Shown here: positions 1 through 13,980 of the stretch, in pieces
How the letters are laid out: each line of letters opens with the position of its first letter
Position numbering within the stretch: the first letter of the stretch is position 1
From: Myxococcota bacterium
Lineage (GTDB): Bacteria > Myxococcota_A > Bradymonadia > UBA7976 > UBA1532
Reading direction: 5' to 3'
Length of the DNA: 64,000 nucleotides
Assembly: GCA_963169045.1 (NCBI GenBank)
Contig: CAUJDF010000075.1
Span: 16,689-80,688 of the forward strand
Notes under the pieces: generated by a model
Database searches by the model: none
Told to the model about the DNA's origin: nothing
Seen by the model: only the letters and a program-made list of their open reading frames with translations
Made by a program: the position numbers and the translations under genes

Positions 1-410
1 TGAAGGACCGCCCGACCCACAAGGGCATGGACTTCAAGGTGAACACGGGCACGCCGGTGTATGCCCCGAAGGACGGCACGGTCCTGCGCACCAACTGGAA
101 CTGGAGCTCGAACGGCAACTGCGTCGAGCTGCAGCTCGAGGACGGCACCATCGCCAAGTTCCTGCACCTGTCGGACACGAAGGTAAAGGCGGGCGAGCGC
201 GTGGCCCGGGGGGATGTCATCGCGCTCACCGGCAACACGGGACACACGACCGCGCCGCATCTGCACTATCAGCTCGAGCGCGGCGAGGGGAAGATCGTCG
301 ACCCGCTCGACTACCACCGGACCGACCGCCGCGCGCTGGGCGACGCCGCCCGGGCCGCCTTCGACGCCGAGGCCAGGCGCCTCGACGCGCTGCTCGCCGC
401 CACACCTTGA
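1..410 (+). CDS. M23 (LytM-type) metallopeptidase, C-terminal part; 5' end lies outside the window
   Basis: The frame is open from base 3 (KDRPTHKGMDF...). It carries the HxGxD motif (HKGMDF) and the HxH motif (NTGHTTAPHLHYQ) of M23 peptidases. Stop at 408-410. Confidence 0.85.
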   Translation, partial: KDRPTHKGMDFKVNTGTPVYAPKDGTVLRTNWNWSSNGNCVELQLEDGTIAKFLHLSDTKVKAGERVARGDVIALTGNTGHTTAPHLHYQLERGEGKIVDPLDYHRTDRRALGDAARAAFDAEARRLDALLAATP

Positions 411-502
411 AAAGTACGCTGAAACGGTAACTCCGCGCGACGCTTCCTACAGACCCGCATCTCCTCCATCCTGTGTCCGCTTCCGCAGGCGTGCGGGCAT
501 TC

Positions 503-528
503 CCCGGGCCAACCAGCCCGGGCAACTT
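503..528 (+). terminator. GC hairpin (CCCGGGC-caacca-GCCCGGG) followed by a short T-tract (CAACTTTG); possible weak terminator or attenuator between the M23 and MscS genes
   Basis: Inverted repeat read directly at 503-509 and 516-522. The T-run is only 3 nt, so this is weak. Confidence 0.2.
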
Positions 529-544
529 TGGGGAGGAGTTCTGG

Positions 545-1360
545 ATGGACAAGCTCGACAAGTGGCTCGACACCGCGATCGAGATGGTCACCGCGGTCGG
601 CCTCAAGGTCCTCGGCGCGGTCGTCATCTGGGTGGTCGGCCGCAAGCTCATCTCGGTCGCCCGCAAGCTGACGACGCGCGCGCTCGAACGTCAGAAGATC
701 GATCCGACGCTGGTGCGCTACCTCGACTCGACGCTCGGGGTGGTGCTCGACGTCGTCCTCGTGATGGCCGTCCTCGGCCTGTTCGGTGTCGAGACGACCA
801 GCTTCGCCGCTCTCATGGCCGCCGCCGGCGTCGCCATCGGGATGGCGTGGTCCGGTCTGTTGTCGAACTTCGCCGCCGGGGTGTTCATGATCGTGTTGCG
901 TCCCTTCAAGGTCGGCGACTATGTGCGGGTCGGCGGCCTCGAGGGCACGGTCCACGAGATCGGTCTGTTCGTGACGACGATGAACACGCCGGACAACGTC
1001 CGCACGTTCATCGGCAACTCCAAGGTGTTCGGCGACACCATCCACAACTTCACCGCCAACCCGTACCGCCGCGTCGAGCTCACGGCCCAGCTGGCGCACG
1101 CGGTCGACATCCACGATGCCATGCGTCGCCTGCGGGCGCGGCTGGCCGCCATTCCCAACGTGAACGCCGAGCCGGCGCCGAGCGTGACCGTGCTCACGTT
1201 CACGCTCGCCGGCCCGGTGCTGGCGGTGCGGCCGTTCTGCCACAACGATCACTACTGGCAGGTGTACTTCGACACCAACGCGGCGATCCGCGAGGTGGTG
1301 GGCGAGGCGGGCTACCCGGCGCCCGAGCAGCACGTTCGTCTGATGCAGCACATGAACTGA
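545..1360 (+). CDS. small-conductance mechanosensitive channel (MscS family)
   Basis: From ORF 473-1360, with the start moved to ATG 545 (MDKLDKW), which is preceded by GGGGAGGAG. TM helices are followed by the MscS beta-domain signature FKVGDYVRVGGLEGTVHEIGLFVTTMNTPDN. Confidence 0.85.
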   Translation: MDKLDKWLDTAIEMVTAVGLKVLGAVVIWVVGRKLISVARKLTTRALERQKIDPTLVRYLDSTLGVVLDVVLVMAVLGLFGVETTSFAALMAAAGVAIGMAWSGLLSNFAAGVFMIVLRPFKVGDYVRVGGLEGTVHEIGLFVTTMNTPDNVRTFIGNSKVFGDTIHNFTANPYRRVELTAQLAHAVDIHDAMRRLRARLAAIPNVNAEPAPSVTVLTFTLAGPVLAVRPFCHNDHYWQVYFDTNAAIREVVGEAGYPAPEQHVRLMQHMN

Positions 1361-1363
1361 GGG

Positions 1364-2387
1364 ATGGGGGAGATGTACTTGCGTCCGTTGTCATCGATCC
1401 TCTTGCTGGCGTCGCTCGCCGCGCCGGCACTGGCCCAGGAGCCGCCGAAGGACTGGGTCCCGCCCGAGGAGGACGTCCAGAAGAAGGCGCTCGACGAGGC
1501 CGCCGCCGAAGAGAAGAAGGATGGCTGGTTCCCGAAGCTGTCGCTCGGCAGCAACATCTCGTTCAGCCACAACTCGAACGTCGTCGGCAGCGAGGAGGGC
1601 ACCACCGTCAACGTGGGCGTGCTGCTCGACGGCGGGCTCGAGCTGCGCAGCGGGCCGCACGAGTGGGGCAACACGCTTGCGCTCCGCTACCAGGAGACGC
1701 GCACGCCCCTGATCGACCGGTTCGTCAAGTCGATGGACCAGCTCGAGTTCCAGTCCATCTACTTCTATCACCTGCCCGCGCTGCCCTGGGTCGGTCCCTT
1801 CGGACGCTTCCGCCTCCAGACGCAGATCCTGCCGAGCGAGCTCGTGCGGGCCGAGGTCGTCGACGTGGTGAGCACCGACGGCGCCGAGGTGCTGCGCGCC
1901 GGGCTGCCGGCGCGCACGGGCTTCGACCTGGCGGGCGCGTTCGAGCCCCTCATCCTCCGCGAGTCGCTCGGCGCGTTCGTCAAGCCGTACGACCAGAAGG
2001 AGATCAAGCTGCTGGTCAAGCTCGGCGCGGGCGCGCAGGAGATCCTCACGCGCGGCGGCTACGTGATCGCCGACGAGTCCGAGACGGCCGCCATCGAAGT
2101 ACAGCCGCTCGAGGACTCCACCGAGATCGGCGCCGAGGCCGAGGTCGAGGCGACGGGCGCGGTCGACGACAACCTCACGTGGACGGTGAACGCGAACGCT
2201 CTCTATCCGTTCGTGACCACCACGGACGTGGAGCTGGAAGAGTCGCCGTTGAACGTGGAGTTCCTGGCGAAGGTCGGGTTCAAGGTCACCGACTGGGGCG
2301 CCATCGAGTACGTGTTCTCGGCCAAGCGCGTGCCGCTCGTCGTCGAGGAGTGGCAGATCCAGAACGGCCTGCTCTTCAGCCTCACCC

Positions 2388-2401
<14 letters not shown>
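1364..2401 (+). CDS. secreted, probably outer-membrane beta-barrel-like protein of unknown function (possibly DUF3078-like)
   Basis: Signal peptide LLLASLAAPALAQE. Alternating beta-strand-like pattern, aromatic C-terminal end (LLFSLTLNVL). The family assignment is tentative. Confidence 0.55.
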
Positions 2402-3956
<1,555 letters not shown>

Positions 3957-4049
3957 GGACGCGCCTCCGCGTAGACAGCGGTGTACGAGCGGTGCAAGTT
4001 TCGGGCACGCCACCGCGCCGAGGGCGGCGCCGTCACGGAGGAGAGGGCG

Positions 4050-4646
4050 ATGAAGCGGGTCGCGTCCGCGTGGCTGCTGACGATGTGGGCCGGGCCGGCG
4101 CTCGCGTGCTCCTTCAAGAGCTACCGGACGCACGAGACGGCGCCCGATCCCGAGGACGAGGCGCCGCCGGCCCAGGTGCGCGATGTGAGCGTCGACATCC
4201 GCCGCGGCCGCGGCCCCGAGGGCGGCGGCTGCGAAGGGGAGTCGTCGACGTCGTGCGACGATCTCGGCCGCGTGGCGCTCCACGTCGTGGCGCCGGCGGA
4301 CGACCGCACCGGGCCCGAGGCGATGGGCTACCGGCTCGAGCTCGTCGACGGCGAGCTCCCCGACGGCGTCACGCTGCCCACCGCGCCCGTCCGCCCTGAG
4401 GGCGGCGTCATCGGCCTGACCTGGGGGGACGGCGCCGACGACGCCCAGGAGTCCGTGTCGTTCGCCCTGCGCATCATCCCGGTCGACGCCTCGGGGCGGG
4501 AGGGGCCGCCCTCCGCGCCGATCGAGGTGTCGGACCCGGGCCGTGAGGTGGCGTGCTCGTCGACGGGCGCCGCGGGCGGCGCGCCGCTGTGGCTCCTGGT
4601 GGTCGGGTGGGGGCTGTGGCGGCGGGCCGGCGCCCGAAGAAGGTGA
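4050..4646 (+). CDS. small lipoprotein with a MYXO-CTERM-type C-terminal sorting tail
   Basis: Lipobox WAGPALAC after MKRVASAWLL. The C-terminus ACSSTGAAGGAPLWLLVVGWGLWRRAGARRR has the Cys, hydrophobic stretch and Arg-rich pattern. Confidence 0.7.
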   Translation: MKRVASAWLLTMWAGPALACSFKSYRTHETAPDPEDEAPPAQVRDVSVDIRRGRGPEGGGCEGESSTSCDDLGRVALHVVAPADDRTGPEAMGYRLELVDGELPDGVTLPTAPVRPEGGVIGLTWGDGADDAQESVSFALRIIPVDASGREGPPSAPIEVSDPGREVACSSTGAAGGAPLWLLVVGWGLWRRAGARRR

Positions 4647-4688
4647 ACGACGGACGCGGGGCGCCCGTCGTCCGGGGCGCAGGGGGCC

Positions 4689-7625
<2,937 letters not shown>

Positions 7626-7663
7626 CCCCGATGGTGACCCGTAACTCTACCTCATCTCCCCGG

Positions 7664-8722
7664 TCAGAAGCTCGTCCCGTCGAGACGGGTCCCCGGCGAA
7701 AAGACCGTCACGGGATGAGGCACGAACGGGCCGGCGACATCCGGATCGCGTGTGTAGGCGCGGTCGGCGAGCGTCGGCAGGCAGGCGGCGCAGGCGTCGC
7801 CGTAGGCGAAGGTGAAGACCTCGCGCCACCCGGCGTCGAGCAGGCGCAGGACGTCGCCGGCGTCGTCGAGGTTGAGGCCGTTGCTGAACGCGGGATCGGC
7901 GGCGTTCGCGACCGCGAAGGTGACGCCGGGCAGGGCTTCGAGCGCCTCGGACGGCGTCCCGCCGCCGAAGACGACGATCGCCTCGCCCGGAGCGAGGCGC
8001 GTGCCCTCGGGGAAGACGTGGCGCGGGACGCCGAGCAGGTCGGTCTCGACCAGCAGCCAGCCGGAGAGGTCGGCGGCGGCGTCGCCGGCGTTGACGAGCT
8101 CGACGAACTCGTCGTCGGTCCGGTCGATGTCGCCGTCGCCGTTGGCGTCCTCGTCGGCGGCGCCGTCGATGAGGATCTCGTTGAGCACGACGACGCCGGC
8201 GAGCGGGCTCGGTTCAGGCTCGGCGCAGACGCCCTCGAGGCAGCGGCGGAAGCCGAGGCAGTCGGCGTCGCGGGCGCACTCGGCGGGGGCGGCGTCGGGG
8301 GGCGCGGCGTCCGGCAGCGTGGCGTCGGGCGTGGCGCCGTCAGCGGGGGCGGCGTCGGGGGGCGCCGCGTCGGCGGGGGCGGCGTCGGGCGCGGCGCCGT
8401 CGGCTGGGGCGCCGTCGGGGGGCGCCGCGTCGGTTCGGGTGGCGTCGGGCACGGCGCCGTCGGGGATGGCACCGTCGGCGGAGGCGGCGTCGGGCGGAGG
8501 CCCTGCGTCGCGGCCCGGTCCGGCGTCCACCGCCGCGTCGGCCGGCGGGAGCGCCGCGTCCACCGCCGCGTCGGCCGGCGGGAGCGCCGCGTCCGCCACG
8601 CGCGCATCGCCCGCCGCCCCGTCACTCGTCGCGGCCGCGTCCCGTGCGCCGCCGCCACCGCCCCCGTCGTCGCACCCGCCGGCCAGCAGCAGGGCCGCCA
8701 TCGCCCATTTCCGTCCACGCAT
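7664..8722 (-). CDS. lipoprotein with a lamin-tail (LTD) domain and a long PDAAP-type low-complexity linker
   Basis: Start moved to ATG 8720-8722 (MRGRKWAMAALLLAGGCDD, lipobox). LTD signature VVLNEILIDGAADEDANGDGDIDRTDDEFVELVNAGDAAADLSGWLL. Confidence 0.8.
   Translation of the reverse strand: MRGRKWAMAALLLAGGCDDGGGGGGARDAAATSDGAAGDARVADAALPPADAAVDAALPPADAAVDAGPGRDAGPPPDAASADGAIPDGAVPDATRTDAAPPDGAPADGAAPDAAPADAAPPDAAPADGATPDATLPDAAPPDAAPAECARDADCLGFRRCLEGVCAEPEPSPLAGVVVLNEILIDGAADEDANGDGDIDRTDDEFVELVNAGDAAADLSGWLLVETDLLGVPRHVFPEGTRLAPGEAIVVFGGGTPSEALEALPGVTFAVANAADPAFSNGLNLDDAGDVLRLLDAGWREVFTFAYGDACAACLPTLADRAYTRDPDVAGPFVPHPVTVFSPGTRLDGTSF
8281..8460. repeat. 60-bp tandem repeat x3 (about 80-85% identity) with 15-bp sub-periodicity, inside the LTD lipoprotein linker
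   Basis: The blocks 8281-8340, 8341-8400 and 8401-8460 align column by column. They encode PDAAP/PDGAP pentapeptides on the minus strand. Confidence 0.85.
8525..8590. repeat. perfect 33-bp tandem duplication (encodes DAALPPADAAV x2)
   Basis: GTCCACCGCCGCGTCGGCCGGCGGGAGCGCCGC occurs at 8525-8557 and again, identical, at 8558-8590. Confidence 0.95.
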
Positions 8723-8847
8723 GCCGGAGACGCTAACGCATCCCCCGAGCGCCGACGAAGCGGATCCGCCCGATCCCTGCCGCTTTCTGGCGCTCCCCTG
8801 TGTCACTAGACTGTCGGCGCTGTGACGACGGAACGGAGCGAGACGGC

Positions 8848-10149
<1,302 letters not shown>

Positions 10150-10189
10150 GGTAGAGTCGTCGCCTCCACACCCGAGAGGAAGACGACGA

Positions 10190-10621
10190 ATGGCGTTCCT
10201 CAAGCGCCTGGCGAACCCCGGCGTCGAGAGCACGGGGGCCTCGATCGGTCTGTTGCTGTTGCGGCTCGCGATGGGCGGCATGATGGCCGCCGGGCACGGC
10301 TGGTCGAAGCTGGCCGCGTTCGGCGAGAGGGCGGCGAGCTTCAAGGATCCGCTCGGCGATCCGCTCGGCCTCGGGCCGCAGGTCATGTACGGGGCGCTCG
10401 TCTTCGCCGAGTTCCTGTGCGCGGCGCTCGTCGCGGTCGGCCTCCTCACGCGGGTGGCCGCCGTCCCGCTGATCGTCGCGATGTGCGTCGCGGGGTTCGT
10501 GGCGCACGCCGACGACCCCTTCGGCACGAAGGAGAAGGCGCTGCTCTACCTCGGGGCCTTCACGACGCTGTTGTTCACCGGCGCCGGTCGCTTTTCGGTG
10601 GACGGGCGCCTCGGAAAGTGA
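10190..10621 (+). CDS. DoxX family membrane protein
   Basis: About 140 aa with 4 TM helices. Typical DoxX layout (LLLLRLAMGGMMAAGHGWSKL ... GAGRFSVD). Confidence 0.8.
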   Translation: MAFLKRLANPGVESTGASIGLLLLRLAMGGMMAAGHGWSKLAAFGERAASFKDPLGDPLGLGPQVMYGALVFAEFLCAALVAVGLLTRVAAVPLIVAMCVAGFVAHADDPFGTKEKALLYLGAFTTLLFTGAGRFSVDGRLGK

Positions 10622-11383
10622 TCAGCGGGTGGCGCGGCGGGACGTCTGGGCGAACAGGTAGTTGCTGAACGACGAGCCGCACGCGCCGCAGCGGTTGGAC
10701 GACCCGAGCTCGATCGTCAGCGGCAGCTCGCAGCGCGGGCAGGTGCCGTTCGTCAGCAGCTCGCCGAGCGCGGTGTCGAAGGCTTCCCACTCCACGTCGC
10801 GGCGGTCGGTCGCGAGGTCGCTGCGCTGCTCGGAGACGAGCAGGAAGCGCAGGTGGCCGAGCATCACGCGCAGGCGCACGTCGCGCGGGCGCTCGCGCGC
10901 CAGGGTCTCGAGCAGCGCGCAGGCGTGCTCGAGGCGGCCCTCGTTGACGAGGTAGACGGCCTGGTCGAACGCGAGCGCGCGCTGCCCGTCACCGCGGCGT
11001 CCGGCGCCGGCGCGGTCGGGCTGGCGCCGCTCGCGGCCGGGGCCGCGGTACGACACGCCGCGCGCGCGCAGGTAGCGCAGGGCGCGCAGGCCGCGCCCCT
11101 CGGGGACGAGCAGGCCGTCGTCGGCCAGGCCCTTGAGCATCTCGGCGAACCGCGCCGGGCTCAGGTCGCGGCCGAACTCGCGGCGGAAGGCGGCCGCCAG
11201 CTCGGCGAACGTGCGCAACCCGTCGAGCTGCAGCAGCACGAAGCGCGCGGGCTCGTCGACGCGCAATCGCTCGGCGCCGGTGCCGTCGACGACGACGAAG
11301 TTCGTTCCGTCTTCACCGGGCGCGGCGGCCCGGACCTCGAGGGTGTCGTGGAGTCGGGGAATCATCGGTGTCCCATGATGCAC
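10622..11383 (-). CDS. hypothetical protein with a PqqD/RRE-like N-terminal region and a C-terminal zinc-ribbon (CPRC...CGAC)
   Basis: Balanced composition. Alternative start at ATG 11363-11365 (MIPRLHD). Its stop abuts the DoxX stop (TGATCA). Function unknown. Confidence 0.5.
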   Translation of the reverse strand: MHHGTPMIPRLHDTLEVRAAAPGEDGTNFVVVDGTGAERLRVDEPARFVLLQLDGLRTFAELAAAFRREFGRDLSPARFAEMLKGLADDGLLVPEGRGLRALRYLRARGVSYRGPGRERRQPDRAGAGRRGDGQRALAFDQAVYLVNEGRLEHACALLETLARERPRDVRLRVMLGHLRFLLVSEQRSDLATDRRDVEWEAFDTALGELLTNGTCPRCELPLTIELGSSNRCGACGSSFSNYLFAQTSRRATR

Positions 11384-11447
11384 GAGTGACCCACCCCCGC
11401 CAACGGGGTTTCGGGGCGGAACGCCTCACATTCTTCTCGTGGACCGC

Positions 11448-11463
11448 TGGCACTTCGGTTGCT
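11448..11463 (+). promoter_or_regulatory. sigma-54 (-24/-12) promoter, TGGCAC-N5-TTGCT
   Basis: An exact match to the consensus TGGCAC-N5-TTGCW, read directly in an intergenic region. It lies about 45 nt upstream of ATG 11507, which is preceded by GGAGGGG. Confidence 0.65.
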
Positions 11464-11506
11464 CCGGCATCCCCGTCGGCGGCCGGTCCTGCGGAGGGGA
11501 ACGCGC

Positions 11507-12421
11507 ATGGGTCCTGCTCTGATGGTCGTGGGGCTGCTCTCGGTCGTCGCGCCGGAGGCGCGCATCGTCGTGCGCCAGCCGCCGGGGCGCGTCGTGTACT
11601 GGGTGCTGCCCGGGGCGCGCGCGCTCGAGGAGGCCACGTTCGGCACGCCTGCCGATCCGCGCTTCACCGCCGAGATCCCGTCGGCGACGCCCACGGACGT
11701 CGCCGACGTGCTGCGCCGCTGGCCGCTGCCCATCGGCGTCCCGCTCGCCATGCGGGGCACCAGCGCCGACGGCCTGCGCTACACCGCCACCGCGGTGCCC
11801 ACGCCCGCCGGCGACCACGCCGTCCCGGTGAGCGGCGCGTTCGAGGTGAAGCTCTACGACCGCATCGGCTTCGACCGGGAGGGCGCCCGACTCGACGACA
11901 CGCCGGACGCGGCGCTCGCCGACATCACGTTCACCGACCCCGACGGCCGCAGGTATCGCGTCCACCCGAAGCGCACGGTGATGCCGCCCTTCCCACGATG
12001 GGAGACGCAGGGCGGCATCCTGCGGGGCGCGCCCATCCACGGCGACACCGGCACCGGCCTGCCGCTCCTGCCGAAGATGTGGGCCTACGCGGCCTGGTGG
12101 GCCGTCGCCGACCTCACCGTCGACGGCCGCGTCGTCGACCGCGACAAGCTGGTGTGCCTCACGACGACCCAGGCCACGCGCGACGAGACCTACCGGCTCG
12201 TCTCCGGCGCCGAGCTGCCGCTGCCGCCGGAGCGCACCGTCACGCGCGTGCGCCACCACACCCGCCTGCAGGTGCTTCCGGTGCGGATCAACAGCCACGG
12301 CGTCGCCTTCGAGGCCGTCGAGACCGCCTACCGGCCCGGCGGCCGGGCCACCCAGGACTTCATCGAGATCTCGTTCGAGCAGGACGAGATCGTCGAGGGG
12401 CCGCCCTACGCCGGACCGTGA
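11507..12421 (+). CDS. hypothetical exported protein
   Basis: From ORF 11459-12421, with the start moved to ATG 11507 (MGPALMVVGLLSVVAPEA) downstream of the sigma-54 promoter and SD. No motif recognised. Confidence 0.6.
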   Translation: MGPALMVVGLLSVVAPEARIVVRQPPGRVVYWVLPGARALEEATFGTPADPRFTAEIPSATPTDVADVLRRWPLPIGVPLAMRGTSADGLRYTATAVPTPAGDHAVPVSGAFEVKLYDRIGFDREGARLDDTPDAALADITFTDPDGRRYRVHPKRTVMPPFPRWETQGGILRGAPIHGDTGTGLPLLPKMWAYAAWWAVADLTVDGRVVDRDKLVCLTTTQATRDETYRLVSGAELPLPPERTVTRVRHHTRLQVLPVRINSHGVAFEAVETAYRPGGRATQDFIEISFEQDEIVEGPPYAGP

Positions 12422-12450
12422 CGGCGCCGCCGGATCCCGGTCCTCACGTC

Positions 12451-12477
12451 GGATACGATGCGGCATTCTTTACGTCC
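12451..12477 (+). promoter_or_regulatory. candidate ECF-type promoter (GGATAC-N16-CGTCC) with an 8-bp direct repeat CGTCCTTC x2 (12473-12480, 12485-12492)
   Basis: Resembles the generic ECF pattern GGAAC-N16/17-CGTC. Lies in the unusually AT-rich 112-bp region upstream of arsM. Confidence 0.25.
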
Positions 12478-12533
12478 TTCTTTGCGTCCTTCCGGGGAGG
12501 TCTCCGTCTACGGGGGTAGAAGGAGGTCGAGAG

Positions 12534-13337
12534 ATGAAGAACGAATCGCCCGACGAGATCCGTGACGCGGTCCGGCAGCACTACGCGCAGGTGGCCGGGT
12601 CGAGCGCCTGCGCGCCCGGCTGCTGCGGCGCCAACCCCGCCGCGTCGCTGGACCTGGGCTACAGCGAGGAGGACCTGGCCGCGGTGCCCGAAGGCGCCAA
12701 CATGGGCCTCGGGTGCGGCAATCCGCAGGCCATGGCGGCGCTGCGCGACGGCGAGACCGTGCTCGACCTGGGCAGCGGCGGCGGCTTCGACTGCTTCCTC
12801 GCCGCGCGCCGCGTGGGCCCCGGGGGTCGCGTCATCGGCGTCGACATGACCGCGGAGATGGTGGCGAAGGCCCGCGCCAATGCGCGCCAGCTGGGCCTCG
12901 GGAACGTCGAGTTCCGCCTCGGCGAGATCGAGCACCTGCCGGTCGAGGACTCGACCGTCGACGTCATCCTCTCCAACTGCGTGATCAACCTGTCGCCGGA
13001 CAAAGCGCAGGTCTTCCGCGAAGCGTGGCGGGTGCTCAAGCCCGGAGGGCGCCTCGCCGTCGCGGACGTGGTGGCGACGGCGGACCTGCCCGAGGCGCTG
13101 CGCGGCGAGGTTTCGGCGCTCACGGGCTGCGTGGCGGGCGCGGCCAAGGTCGCCGAGCTCGAGGCGATGCTGCGCGCGGCGGGCTTCGCCTCCGTCCGCG
13201 TGGCGGTGAAGCCGGAGAGCCGCGAGGTCATCGCCCAGTGGTTCCCCGGCCGCGGGCTCGAGGACCTCGTCGCCTCGGCGACCCTGGAGGCGCGCAAGGC
13301 CGAGCAGGGCTGCTGCGGGCCGAGCTGCTGCGCATGA
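12534..13337 (+). CDS. arsM: arsenite S-adenosylmethionine methyltransferase
   Basis: SAM motif VLDLGSGGGFD. Conserved ArsM Cys residues (CAPGCCG, MGLGCGNP, LTGCVAGA) and a Cys-rich tail CCGPSCCA. Strong SD GAAGGAGG 8 nt upstream. Confidence 0.85.
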   Translation: MKNESPDEIRDAVRQHYAQVAGSSACAPGCCGANPAASLDLGYSEEDLAAVPEGANMGLGCGNPQAMAALRDGETVLDLGSGGGFDCFLAARRVGPGGRVIGVDMTAEMVAKARANARQLGLGNVEFRLGEIEHLPVEDSTVDVILSNCVINLSPDKAQVFREAWRVLKPGGRLAVADVVATADLPEALRGEVSALTGCVAGAAKVAELEAMLRAAGFASVRVAVKPESREVIAQWFPGRGLEDLVASATLEARKAEQGCCGPSCCA

Positions 13338-13909
13338 ACGCCTGCGCCCCCGCGCCCTGGGAAGCGCTGACCGCGCGTCTGCGGCCGTTCATCGCCCGCC
13401 GCGTCTCCGGCGAGGCGGACGTGGACGACGTGCTGCAGGAGGTGCTCCTACGGATGCACCGCGGGCTGCCCGCTCTCGGCGACACCGAGCGCCTCCCGGC
13501 GTGGATGTACGCGGTGGCCCGCAGCGCGATCGCCGACCACGGCCGGGCGCGGGCGCGGCACCCGCTCGCGGCCGCGGCGCCGGCCGAGGCCGTGGCGCCG
13601 GCCGACGAGGACGACGACGTCGTGGCCGCGGAGCTGGCGCGCTCGCTCTCGTACTTCGTGGCGCTGCTGCCCTCGCCGTATCGCGAGGCGGTGACGCTCA
13701 CGGAGCTCGAGGGCCTGACGCAGAAGCAGGCCGCCGAGATGCTCGGCCTGTCGCTCTCGGGCATGAAGTCGCGCGTCCAGCGCGGCCGGGCGAAGCTGCG
13801 CGCCATGCTCGAGGCGTGCTGCGCGATCGCGCTCGACGCGCGCGGTCGGGTCGTCGCGTGCGAGCCGCGCCCCCTGGGCGACGTCCCCGAGGATTGCTGC
13901 GGCTCGTGA
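13334..13909 (+). CDS. ECF sigma-70 family factor with a Cys-rich C-terminal extension (SigZ-like)
   Basis: Its ATG overlaps the arsM stop (ATGA). Region 2 (DVDDVLQEVLLRMH) and region 4 HTH (LTQKQAAEMLGLSLSGMKSRVQRGR). Extension EACCAIALDARGRVVACEPRPLGDVPEDCCGS. Confidence 0.8.
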   Translation: MNACAPAPWEALTARLRPFIARRVSGEADVDDVLQEVLLRMHRGLPALGDTERLPAWMYAVARSAIADHGRARARHPLAAAAPAEAVAPADEDDDVVAAELARSLSYFVALLPSPYREAVTLTELEGLTQKQAAEMLGLSLSGMKSRVQRGRAKLRAMLEACCAIALDARGRVVACEPRPLGDVPEDCCGS

Positions 13910-13942
13910 GCCGCGGGCGGCGCCGCCGGGTCGTCGTCCCCG

Positions 13943-13971
13943 TTGACGATCCCGCTCGCCCCGACTATCGA
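13943..13971 (+). promoter_or_regulatory. sigma-70-like promoter TTGACG-N17-TATCGA; would give a leaderless or near-leaderless mRNA for the SprT-like gene
   Basis: Hexamers read directly. The -10 ends 9 nt before GTG 13981 and there is no SD. Confidence 0.3.
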
Positions 13972-13980
13972 TCAGGTCCC

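Noticed and set aside
10619-10624. The TGATCA palindrome formed by abutting convergent stop codons, seen again at 14776-14781
   Set aside because: Two occurrences of TGA directly followed by TCA most likely reflect compact gene packing with TGA as the dominant stop codon. There is no evidence for a functional site.
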